Of a DNA stretch of 64,000 nucleotides, positions 14,501-27,230 are shown piece by piece. The stretch covers positions 11,532,001 through 11,596,000 of the forward strand of contig OZ024744.1 of the NCBI GenBank assembly GCA_964016885.1, in the 5' to 3' direction. The position numbers and the translations under genes were made by a program. The notes below the pieces were generated by a model, which was given only the letters and a program-made list of their open reading frames with translations, was not told the origin of the DNA and did not search any database. Position 1 is the first letter of the stretch. The number at the start of each line of letters is the position of its first letter. This stretch comes from Eledone cirrhosa. Lineage: Eukaryota.

Positions 14501-15699
14501 CTCCAATATGCTGTGTTGGCTGTGCTCCAATACGTTGTGTTGTTGTACTCCAATATGCTGTGCTGCTGTACTCCAATATGTTGTGTTGTTGTACTCCAAT
14601 ATATTGTGTTGTTGTACTCCAATATGTTGTGTTGTTGTACTCCAATCTATATCGCTGTTGTACTCCAATATGTTGTGTTGTTGTACTCCAATATGTTGTG
14701 CTGTTGTACTCCAATATGTTGTGCTGTTGTACTCCAATATGTTGTGCTGTTATACTCCAATATATTGTGTTGTTATACTCCAATATGTTGTGTTGTTGTA
14801 CTCCAAAATATTGTGTTGTTATACTCCAATATGTTGTGTTGTTATACTCCAATAGGTTGTGCTGTTATACTCCAATATGTTGTGTTGTTGTACTCCAATA
14901 TGTTGTGCTGTTATACTCCAATATTTTGTGTTGTTATACTCCAATATGTGGTATTGTTGTACTCCAATATGTTGTGCTGTTGTACTCCAATATGTTGTGT
15001 TGTTATACTCCAACATGTTGTGTTGTTATACTCCAATATGTTGTGTTGTTATACTCGAATATGTTGTGTTGTTATACTCGAATATCTTGTGTTGTTATAC
15101 TCGAATATGTTGTGCTGTTGTACTCCAATATGTCGTGTTGTTGTACTCCAATATATCATGTAGTTGTACTCCAATATTTCGTGTTGTTGTACCCCAATAT
15201 GTAGTGTTTATACTCCAATATGTTTTGCTGTTGTACTCCAATATGTTGTGTTGCTGTACTCCTATATGTTGTGTTGTTATTCTCCAATATGTTGTGCTGT
15301 TGTACTCCAATGTGTTGTGTTGTTATACTCCAATATGTTGTGTTGATTTACTCCAATATGTTGTGTTGTTGTACTCCAATCTGTTGTGTTGTTATACTCC
15401 AATGTGTTGTGTTGTTATACTCCAATATGTTGTGTTGTTGTAGTCCAATATGTTGTGTTGTCGTACTCCAATATGTTGTGTTGTTATACTCCAATATTTC
15501 GTGTGGTTGTACTCCAATATGTCATGGTGTTGTACTTCAATATGTCGTGTTGTTGTACTCCAATATGTTGTCTTGCTGTACTCCAATATGTTGTGTTGTT
15601 GTACTCCAATATCTTGTGTTCTTATACTCCAATATGTTGTGTTGTTATACTCCAATATGTTGTGTTGTTGTACTCCAATATGTTGTGCTGTTTTACTCC

Positions 15700-18100
15700 A
15701 ATATGTTATGTTGTTGTACTCCAATATGTCATGTTGTTGTACTCCAATATGTTTTGATGTTGTACTCCAATATGTTGTGTTGTTGTACTCCAATATGTTT
15801 TGATGTTGTAGTCCAATATGTTGTGTTGTTATACTCCAATATGTTATGTTGTTGTACTCCAATATGTCATGTTGTTGTACTCCAATATGTTTTGATGTTG
15901 TACTCCAATATGTTGTGTTGTTGTACTCCAATATGTTTTGATGTTGTAGTCCAATATGTTGTGTTGTTGTACTCCAATATGTTGTGTAGTCGTACTCCAA
16001 TATGTTGTGTTGTTGTACTCCAATATGCTGTGATGTTGTACTCCAATATGACGTGCTGTTGTACTCCAATGCGTTGTGTTGTTGTACTCCAATATGCTGT
16101 GTTGTTATACTCCAATATGTTGTGTTGTTGTACTCCAATATGTTGTGTTGTTGTACTCCAATATGTTGTGTTGTTGTAATCCAATATCTTGTGTAGTTAT
16201 ACTCCAATATGTTGTGCTGTTGTACTCCAATATGTTGAGTTGTTATACTCCAATATGTAGTGTTGTTATACTCCAATATGTTGTGTTGTTGTACTCCAAT
16301 CTGTTGCGTTATACTCCAATATGTTGTGTTGTTATACTCCAATATGTTGTGTTGTTATACTCCAATATGTTGTGTTGTTTTACTCCAATATGTTGTATTG
16401 TTGATCTCCAATATGTCATATTATACTCCAATAAGTTGTGTTCTTGTACTCCAATATGTGTTGTTGTTGTACTCCAATATGTTGCGTTGTTGTACTCCAT
16501 TATATCATGTTATACTCCAATAAGTTGTGTTCTTGTACTCCAATATGTTGTGTTGTTGTACTCCAATATGTTATGTTGTTGTACTCCAATATGTCATGTT
16601 GTTGTACTCCAATATGTTTTGATGTTGTACTCCAATATGTTGTGTTGTTGTACTCCAATATATCATGTTGTCGTACTCCAATATGTCATGTTATACTCCA
16701 ATATGTTGTGTTGTTGTACTCCAATATGTTTTGATGTTGTAGTCCAATATGTTGTGTTGTTATACTCCAATATGTGTTGTTGTTGTACTCCAATATGTTG
16801 CGTTGTTGTACTCCAATATATCATGTTATACTCCAATAAGTTGTGTTCTTGTACTCCAATATGTTGTGTTGTTGTACTCCAATATATCATGTTATACTCC
16901 AATAAGTTGTGTTCTTGTACTCCAATATGTTGTGTTGTTGTACTCCAATATGTTGTGTTGTTGTACTCCAATATATCATGTTGTCGTACTCCAATATGTC
17001 ATGTTATACTCCAATATGTTGTGTTGTTGTACTCCAATATGTTTTGATGTTGTAGTCCAATATGTTGTGTTGTTATACTCCAATATGTGTTGTTGTTGTA
17101 CTCCAATATGTTGCGTTGTTGTACTCCAATATATCATGTTATACTCCAATAAGTTGTGTTCTTGTATTCCAATATGTTTTGATGTTGTAGTCCAATATGT
17201 TGTGTTGTTGTACTCCAATATGTTGTGTAGTCGTACTCCAATATGTTGTGTTGTTGTACTCCAATATGCTGTGATGTTGTACTCCAATATGACGTGCTGT
17301 TGTACTCCAATGCGTTGTGTTGTTGTACTCCAATATGCTGTGTTGTTATACTCCAATATGTTGTGTTGTTGTACTCCAATATGTTGTGTTGTTGTACTCC
17401 AATATGTTGTGTTGTTGTAATCCAATATCTTGTGTAGTTATACTCCAATATGTTGTGCTGTTGTACTCCAATATGTTGAGTTGTTATACTCCAATATGTC
17501 ATGTTATACTCCAATATGTCGTTGTTATACTCCAATATGTCATGATGTTGTACTCCAATATGTCGTGTTCTTGTACTCCAATATGTCGTGTTGTCGTACT
17601 CCAATATGTTGTGTTGTTGTACTCCAATATGTTGTGTTGTTTTACTCCAATATGTTGTATTGTTGATCTCCAATATGTCATATTATACTCCAATAAGTTG
17701 TGTTCTTGTACTCCAATATGTGTTGTTGTTGTACTCCAATATGTTGCGTTGTTGTACTCCAATATATCATGTTATACTCCAATAAGTTGTGTTCTTGTAC
17801 TCCAATATGTTGTGTTGTTGTACTCCAATATGTTATGTTGTTGTACTCCAATATGTCATGTTGTTGTACTCCAATATGTTTTGATGTTGTACTCCAATAT
17901 GTTGTGTTGTTGTACTCCAATATGTTTTGATGTTGTAGTCCAATATGTTGTGTTGTTATACTCCAATATGTTATGTTGTTGTACTCCAATATGTCATGTT
18001 GGTGTACTCCAATATGTTTTGATGTTGTACTCCAATATGTTGTGTTGTTATACTCCAATATGTTGTGCTGTTGTACTCCAATATGCTGTGTTGTTATACT
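15700..18100 (+). repeat. Locally shuffled sub-domain with short nested duplications (66, 138, 313, about 1,241-1,262 bp)
   Basis: GTAGTCC at 15808/15946 (138 = 6 x 23); AATAAG at 16835/16901 (66); AGTCC at 16741/17054 (313); ORF pairs 16002/17243 (1,241) and 16438/17700 (1,262). Confidence 0.85.
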
Positions 18101-20660
18101 CCAATATGTAGTGTTGTTATACTCCAATATGTTGTGTTGTTGTACTCCAATCTGTTGTGTTGTTATACTCCAATATATTGTGTTGTTATACTCCAATATG
18201 TTGTGTTGTTTTACTCCAATATGTTGTGTTGTTGTACTCCAATATGTTGTATTGTTGTTCTCCAATATGTCATGTTATACTCCAATAAGTTGTGTTCTTG
18301 TACTCCAATATGTTGTGTTGTTGTACTCCAATATGTTGTGTTGTTGTACTCCAATATATCATGTTGTCGTACTCCAATATGTCATGTTATACTCCAATAT
18401 GTCGTTGTTATACTCCAATATGTCATGATGTTGTACTCCAATATGTCGTGTTCTTGTACTCCAATATGTCGTGTTGTCGTACTCCAATATGTTGTGCTGT
18501 TGTACTCCAATATGTTGTGCTGTTGTACTCCAATATGTTGTGTTGTTGTACTCCAATATGTTGTGTTGTTATACTCCAATATGTTGTGCTGTTGTACTCC
18601 AATATTCCGTGTTGTTGTACTCCAATACGTCGTGTTGTACTCCAATATGTTGTGTTGTTATACTCCAATATGTTATGTTGTTGTACTCCAATGTGTCTTG
18701 TTGTTGTACTCCAATATGTTTTGATGTTGTACTCCAATATGTTGTGTTGTTGTACTCCAATATGTTTTGATGTTGTACTCCAATATGTTGTGTTGTTGTA
18801 CTCCAATATGTTGTGTAGTCGTATTCCAATATGTTGTGTTGTTGTACTCTAATATGTTTTGTTGTTATTCTCCAATATGTTGTGATGTTGTACTCCAATG
18901 TGTTGTGTTGTTGTACTCCAATGTGATGTGTTGCTGTACTCCAATATGTTGTGCTGTTGTACTCCAATATTTTTTGTTTTTTGTACTCCAATATGTTGTG
19001 TTGTTATACTCCAATATGTTGTGTTGTTATACTCCAATATGGTGTGTTGTTGTACTCCAATATGTTGTATTGTTTTCTCCAATATGTCATGTTATACTCC
19101 AATATGGTGTGTTCGTGTACTCCAATATGTTGTGTTATTGTACTCCAATATGTTGCGTTGTTGTACTCCAATATGTTGTGTTGTTATACTCCAATATGTC
19201 GTGTGGCTGTACTCCAATATGTCATGTTGTTGTACTCCAATATGTCTTGTTATAGTCCAATATGTCGTGTTGTTGTACTCCAATATATCATGTAGTTGTA
19301 CTCCAATATTTCGTGTTGTTGTACCCCAATATGTAGTGTTGTTTATACTCCAATATGTTTTGCTGTTGTACTCCAATATGTTGTGTTGCTGTACTCCTAT
19401 ATGTTGTGTTGTTATTCTCCAATATGTTGTGCTGTTGTACTCCAATGTGTTGTGTTGTTATACTCCAATGTGTTGTGTTGTTATACTCCAATATGTTGTG
19501 TTGTTGTAGTCCAATATGTTGTGTTGTCGTACTCCAATATGTTGTGTTGTTATACTCCAATATTTCGTGTGGTTGTACTCCAGTATGTCATGGTGTTGTA
19601 CTTCAATATGTCGTGTTGTTGTACTCCAATATGTTGTCTTGTTGTACTCCAATCTGTTGTATTGTTGTACTTCAATATGTTCTGTTGTTGTACTCCAATA
19701 TATTGTGTTGTTGTACTCCAATATGTTGTGTTGTTGTACTCCAATATGCTGTGTTGTTGTACTCCAATATGTTGTGTTGTTGTACTCCAATATGTTGTGT
19801 TGTTGTACTCCAATATCTTGTGTTCTTATACTCCAATATGTTGTGTTGTTATACTCCAATATGTTGTGTTGTTGTACTCCAATATGTTGTGCTGTTGTAC
19901 TCCAATATGATGTGCTGTTGTACTCCAATATGTTGTGTTGTTGTACTCCAATGTGTTGTGTTGTTGTACTCCAATATGTTGTGCCGTTGTACTCCAATAT
20001 TTTTTTGTTTTTGTACTCCAAAATGTTGTGTTGTTATACTCCAATATGTTGTGTTGGTGTACTCCAATATGGTGTGCTGTTGTACTCCAAATCTCGTGTT
20101 GTTATACTCCAATGTGTTGTGTTGTTATACTCCAATATGTTGTGTTGTTGAACTCCAATATGTTGTATTGTTTTTCTCCAATATGTCATGTTATACTCCA
20201 ATATGTCGTGTTGCTGTACTCCAATATGTCATGCTGTTGTACTTCAATATGTTTTGCTGTTGTACTCCACCGTGTTGTGTTGTTGAACTCCAATACGTTG
20301 TGTTGTTGTTCTCCAATATTTTGTGCTGTTGTACTCCAATTTGTGTTGTTGTACTCCAATATGTTGTGTTGTTGTACTCCAATATGTTGTGTTGTTGTAC
20401 TCCAATATGTTGTGTTGTTATACTCCAATATGTTGTGCTGTTGTACTCCAATATTTCGTGTTGTTGTACTCCATTACGTCGTGTTGTTGTACTCCAATAT
20501 GTTTTGATGTTGTACTCAAATATGTTGTGTTGTTGTACTCCAATATGTTTTGATGTTGTACTCCAATATGTTGTGTTGTTGTACTCCAATATGTTGTGTA
20601 GTCTTAATCCAATATGTTGTGTTGTTGTACTCCAATATGCTGTGATGTTGTACTCCAATA
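18050..20660 (+). repeat. Copy of a block also found at about 12930-14500 (offset 5,123) and about 8050-9950 (offset 10,718)
   Basis: ORF pairs 13644/18767 and 13775/18898 (offset 5,123); 8578/19296, 8740/19458 and 9217/19935 (offset 10,718). Confidence 0.85.
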
Positions 20661-23600
20661 TGATGATGTTGTACTCCAATGTGTTGTGTTGTTGTACTCC
20701 AATGTGATGTGTTGTTGTACTCCAATATGTTGTGCCATTGTACTCCAATATTTTTTATATTTGTACTCCAATATGTTGTGTTGTTATACTCCAATATGTT
20801 GTGCTGTTGTACTCCAAATCTCGTGTTGTTATACTCCAATGTGTTGTGTTGTTATACTCCAATATGGTGTGCTGTTGTAGTCCAATATGTTGTATTGTTT
20901 TTTTCCAATATGTCATGTTATACTCCAATATGTTGTGTTCGTGTACTCCAATATGTTGTGTTATTGTACTCCAATATGTTGCGTTGTTGTACTCCAATAT
21001 GTTGTGTTGTTATACTCCAATATGTTGTGTTGTTGTACTCCAATATGTTGTCTTGTTGTACTCCAAAAGGCCATGTTATCGTACTCCAATATGTCTTGTT
21101 ATACTCCAATATGTCGTGTGGCTGTACTCCAATATGTAATGTTGTTGTACTCCAATATGTCTTGTTATAGTCCAATATGTCGTGTTGTTGTACTCCAATA
21201 TGTCATGTAGTTGTATTCCAATATTTCGTGTTGTTGTACCCCAATATGTCGTGTTGTTTATACTCCAATATGTTTTGCTGTTGTACTCCAATATGTTGTG
21301 TTGCTGTATTCCAATATGTTGTGTTGTTATTCTCCAATATGTTGTGCTGTTGTACTCCAATGTGTTATGTTGTTATACTCCAATATGTTGTGCTGTGCTA
21401 CTCCAATATATTGTGTTGTTGTACTCCAATGTGTTGTGTTGTTATACTCCAATATGTTGTGTTGATTTACTCCAATATGTTGTGTTGTTGTACTCCAATC
21501 TGTTTTGTTGTTATACTCCAATATGTTGTGTTGTTATACTCCAATATGTTGTGTTGTTTTACTCCAATATGTTGTGTTGTTGTACTCCAATATGTTGTGT
21601 TGTTGTACTCCAATATGTTGTGTTGTTGTACTCCAATGTGTTGTGTTGTTATACTCCAATATGTTGTGTTGATTTACTCCAATATGTTGTGTTGTTGTAC
21701 TCCAATCTGTTGTGTTGTTATACTCCAATATGTTGTGTTGTTTTACTCCAATATGTTGTGTTGTTGTACTCCAATATGTCATGTTGCTGTACTCCAACAT
21801 GTCGTGTTGTAGTACTCCAATATGTTTTGATGTTGTACTCCAATATGTTGTGTTGTTGTACTCCAATATGTTGTGTTGTTGTACTCCAATATGTTGTGTT
21901 GTTATACTCCAATATGTTGTGCTGTTGTACTCCAATATGTCATGTTGTTGTACTCCAATATTTCGTGTTGTTCTACTCCAATATTTCGTGTTGTTGTACT
22001 CAAATATGTCGTGGTGTTGTACTCCAATATGTTTTGATGTTGTACTCCAATATGTCGTGTTGTTGTACTCCAATATGTTGTGTTGTTGTACTCCAATATG
22101 CTGTGTTGTTATACTCCTATATGTTGTGCTGTTGTACTTCAATATGTTGTGTTCTACTCCAATATGTTGTGTTGTTATACTCCAATATGTTGTGTTGTTG
22201 TACTCCAATATGTTGTGTTGTTGTACTCCAATATGTGATGTTGTTGTACTCCAATATGTCGTATTGTTGTACTCCAATATATTGTGTTGTTATACTCCAA
22301 TATTTCGTGTTGTTTTAGTCCAATATGTCATGTTGTTTTACTCCAATATTTCGTGTTGTTGTACTCCAATATGTCATGGTGTTGTACTTCAATATGTCGT
22401 ATTGTTGTACTCCAATATGTTGTGTTGTTGTTCTCCAATACGTCGTGTTGTTATACTCCAATATGTTATGATGTTGTACTCCAATATATTGTGTTGTTGT
22501 ACTCCAATATGTTGTGTTGCTGTACTCCAATATGTTGTGTCGTTGTACTCCAATATGTTGTGTTGTTGTACTCCAATATGTTGTGTTGTTGTACTCCAAT
22601 ATGTTGTTGTACTCCAATATGCCATGTTGTTATACTCCAATATGTCGTGGTGTTGTACTCCAATATGTCATGTTGTTGTACTCCAATATTTCGTGTTGTT
22701 GTACTCCAATATGTCATAAGGGCTGTACTCCAATATGGTGTGTTGTTGAACTCCAATATGCTGTGTTGATGTACTCCAATAGGTTGTGTTGTTGTACTCC
22801 AATATGCTGTGTTGGCTGTGCTCCAATACGTTGTGTTGTTGTACTCCAATATGTTGTGCTGCTGTACTCCAATATGTTGTGTTGTTGTACTCCAATATGT
22901 TGTGTTGTTGTACTCCAATATGTTGTGCTGTTGTACTCCAATCTATATCGCTGTTGTACTCCAATATGTTGTGTTGTTGTACTCCAATATGTTGTGCTGT
23001 TGTACTCCAATATGTTGTGCTGTTGTACTCCAATATTTTGTGTTGTTATACTCCAATATATTGTGTTGTTATACTCCAATATGTTGTGTTGTTGTACTCC
23101 AAAATATTGTGTTGTTATACTCCAATATGTTGTGTTGTTATACTCCAATATGTTGTGCTGTTGTACTCCAATATGTTGTGTTGTTATACTCCAACATGTT
23201 GTGTTGTTATACTCCAATATGTTGTGTTGTTATACTCGAATATTTTGTGTTGTTATACTCGAATATCTTGTGTTGTTATACTCGAATATGTTGTGCTGTT
23301 GTACTCCAATATGTCGTGTTGTTGTACTCCAATATATCATGTAGTTGTACTCCAATATTTCGTGTTGTTGTACCCCAATATGTAGTGTTGTTTATACTCC
23401 AATATGTTTTGCTGTTGTACTCCAATATGATGTGCTGTTGTACTCCAATATGTTGTATTGTTGTTCTCCAATATGTCATGTTATACTCCAATAAGTTGTG
23501 TTCTTGTACTCCAATATGTTGTGTTGTTGTACTCCAATATATCATGTTGTCGTACTCCAATATGTCATGTTATACTCCAATATGTCATTGTTGTACTCCA

Positions 23601-26600
23601 ATATGTCGTGTTGTTGTACTCCAATATGTCGTGCTGTTGTACTCCAATTTGTGTTGTTGTACTCCAATATGTTGTGTTGTTGTACTCCAATATGTTGTGT
23701 TGTTGTACTCCAATATGTTGTGTTGTTATACTCCAATATGTTGTGCTGTTGTACTCCAATATTTCGTGTTGTTGTACTCCATTACGTCGTGTTGTTGTAC
23801 TCCAATATGTTTTGATGTTGTACTCAAATATGTTGTGTTGTTGTACTCCAATATGTTTTGATGTTGTACTCCAATATGTTGTGTTGTTGTACTCCAATAT
23901 GTTGTGTAGTCTTAATCCAATATGTTGTGTTGTTGTACTCCAATATGCTGTGATGTTGTACTCCAATATGATGTGATGTTGTACTCCAATGTGTTGTGTT
24001 GTTGTACTCCAATGTGATGTGTTGTTGTACTCCAATATGTTGTGCCATTGTACTCCAATATTTTTTATATTTGTACTCCAATATGTTGTGTTGTTATACT
24101 CCAATATGTTGTGCTGTTGTACTCCAAATCTCGTGTTGTTATACTCCAATGTGTTGTGTTGTTATACTCCAATATGGTGTGCTGTTGTAGTCCAATATGT
24201 TGTATTGTTTTTTTCCAATATGTCATGTTATACTCCAATATGTTGTGTTCGTGTACTCCAATATGTTGTGTTATTGTACTCCAATATGTTGCGTTGTTGT
24301 ACTCCAATATGTTGTGTTGTTATACTCCAATATGTTGTGTTGTTGTACTCCAATATGTTGTCTTGTTGTACTCCAAAAGGCCATGTTATCGTACTCCAAT
24401 ATGTCTTGTTATACTCCAATATGTCGTGTGGCTGTACTCCAATATGTAATGTTGTTGTACTCCAATATGTCTTGTTATAGTCCAATATGTCGTGTTGTTG
24501 TACTCCAATATGTCATGTAGTTGTATTTCAATATTTCGTGTTGTTGTACCCCAATATGTCGTGTTGTTTATACTCCAATATGTTTTGCTGTTGTACTCCA
24601 ATATGTTGTGTTGCTGTATTCCAATATGTTGTGTTGTTATTCTCCAATATGTTGTGCTGTTGTACTCCAATGTGTTATGTTGTTATACTCCAATATGTTG
24701 TGCTGTGCTACTCCAATATATTGTGTTGTTGTACTCCAATGTGTTGTGTTGTTATACTCCAATATGTTGTGTTGATTTACTCCAATATGTTGTGTTGTTG
24801 TACTCCAATCTGTTTTGTTGTTATACTCCAATATGTTGTGTTGTTATACTCCAATATGTTGTGTTGTTTTACTCCAATATGTTGTGTTGTTGTACTCCAA
24901 TATGTTGTGTTGTTGTACTCCAATATGTTGTGTTGTTGTAATCCAATATCTTGTGTTGTTATACTCCAATATGTTGTGTTGTTGTACTCCAATATGTTGT
25001 GTTGTTGTACTCCAATGTGTTATGTTGTTATACTCCAATATGTTGTGCTGTGCTACTCCAATATAGTGTGTTGTTGTACTCCAATGTGTTGTGTTGTTAT
25101 ACTCCAATATGTTGTGTTGATTTACTCCAATATGTTGTGTTGTTGTACACCAATCTGTTGTGTTGTTATACTCCAATATGTTGTGTTGTTATACTCCAAT
25201 ATGTTGTGTTGTTTTACTCCAATATGTTGTGTTGTTGTACTCCAATATGTCATGTTGCTGTACTCCAACATGTCGTGTTGTAGTACTCCAATATGTTTTG
25301 ATGTTGTACTCCAATATGTTGTGTTGTTGTACTCCAATATGTTGTGTTGTTGTACTCCAATATGTTGTGTTGTTATACTCCAATATGTTGTGCTGTTGTA
25401 CTCCAATATGTCATGTTGTTGTACTCCAATATTTCGTGTTGTTCTACTCCAATATTTCGTGTTGTTGTACTCCAATATGTCGTGGTGTTGTACTCCAATA
25501 TGTTTTGATGTTGTACTCCAATATGTCGTGTTGTTGTACTCCAATATGTTGTGTTGTTGTACTCCAATATGCTGTGTTGTTATACTCCTATATGTTGTGC
25601 TGTTGTACTTCAATATGTTGTGTTCTACTCCAATATGTTGTGTTGTTATACTCCAATATGTTGTGTTGTTGTACTCCAATATGTTGTGTTGTTGTACTCC
25701 AATATGTGATGTTGTTGTACTCCAATATGTCGTATTGTTGTACTCCAATATATTGTGTTGTTATACTCCAATATTTCGTGTTGTTTTAGTCCAATATGTC
25801 ATGTTGTTTTACTCCAATATTTCGTGTTGTTGTACTCCAATATGTCATGGTGTTGTACTTCAATATGTCGTATTGTTGTACTCCAATATGTTGTGTTGTT
25901 GTTCTCCAATACGTCGTGTTGTTATACTCCAATATGTTATGATGTTGTACTCCAATATATTGTGTTGTTGTACTCCAATATGTTGTGTTGCTGTACTCCA
26001 ATATGTTGTGTCGTTGTACTCCAATATGTTGTGTTGTTGTACTCCAATATGTTGTGTTGTTGTACTCCAATATGTTGTTGTACTCCAATATGCCATGTTG
26101 TTATACTCCAATATGTCGTGGTGTTGTACTCCAATATGTCATGTTGTTGTACTCCAATATTTCGTGTTGTTGTACTCCAATATGTCATAAGGGCTGTACT
26201 CCAATATGGTGTGTTGTTGAACTCCAATATGCTGTGTTGATGTACTCCAATAGGTTGTGTTGTTGTACTCCAATATGCTGTGTTGGCTGTGCTCCAATAC
26301 GTTGTGTTGTTGTACTCCAATATGTTGTGCTGCTGTACTCCAATATGTTGTGTTGTTGTACTCCAATATGTTGTGTTGTTGTACTCCAATATGTTGTGCT
26401 GTTGTACTCCAATCTATATCGCTGTTGTACTCCAATATGTTGTGTTGTTGTACTCCAATATGTTGTGCTGTTGTACTCCAATATGTTGTGCTGTTGTACT
26501 CCAATATTTTGTGTTGTTATACTCCAATATATTGTGTTGTTATACTCCAATATGTTGTGTTGTTGTACTCCAAAATATTGTGTTGTTATACTCCAATATG

Positions 26601-27230
26601 TTGTGTTGTTATACTCCAATATGTTGTGCTGTTATACTCCAATATGTTGTGTTGTTGTACTCCAATATGTTGTGCTGTTATACTCCAATATTTTGTGTTG
26701 TTATACTCCAATATGTGGTATTGTTGTACTCCAATATGTTGTGCTGTTGTACTCCAATATGTTGTGTTGTTATACTCCAACATGTTGTGTTGTTATACTC
26801 CAATATGTTGTGTTGTTATACTCGAATATTTTGTGTTGTTATACTCGAATATCTTGTGTTGTTATACTCGAATATGTTGTGCTGTTGTACTCCAATATGT
26901 CGTGTTGTTGTACTCCAATATATCATGTAGTTGTACTCCAATATTTCGTGTTGTTGTACCCCAATATGTAGTGTTGTTTATACTCCAATATGTTTTGCTG
27001 TTGTACTCCAATATGATGTGCTGTTGTACTCCAATATGTTGTATTGTTGTTCTCCAATATGTCATGTTATACTCCAATAAGTTGTGTTCTTGTACTCCAA
27101 TATGTTGTGTTGTTGTACTCCAATATATCATGTTGTCGTACTCCAATATGTCATGTTATACTCCAATATGTCATTGTTGTACTCCAATATGTCGTGTTGT
27201 TGTACTCCAATATGTCGTGCTGTTGTACTC
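20325..27230 (+). repeat. Tandem duplication of an about 3.3-3.6 kb unit with whole-monomer indels between copies
   Basis: Offsets are 3,308 (CCATTACG 20471/23779), 3,310 (CCAAAAGGCC 21063/24373), 3,471 (CTATATCGC 22943/26414) and 3,586 (TCGA 23236/26822). Shared private alleles include CCATTACG, CTTAATCC, ATGTAATG and CATAAGGGCT. Confidence 0.9.
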
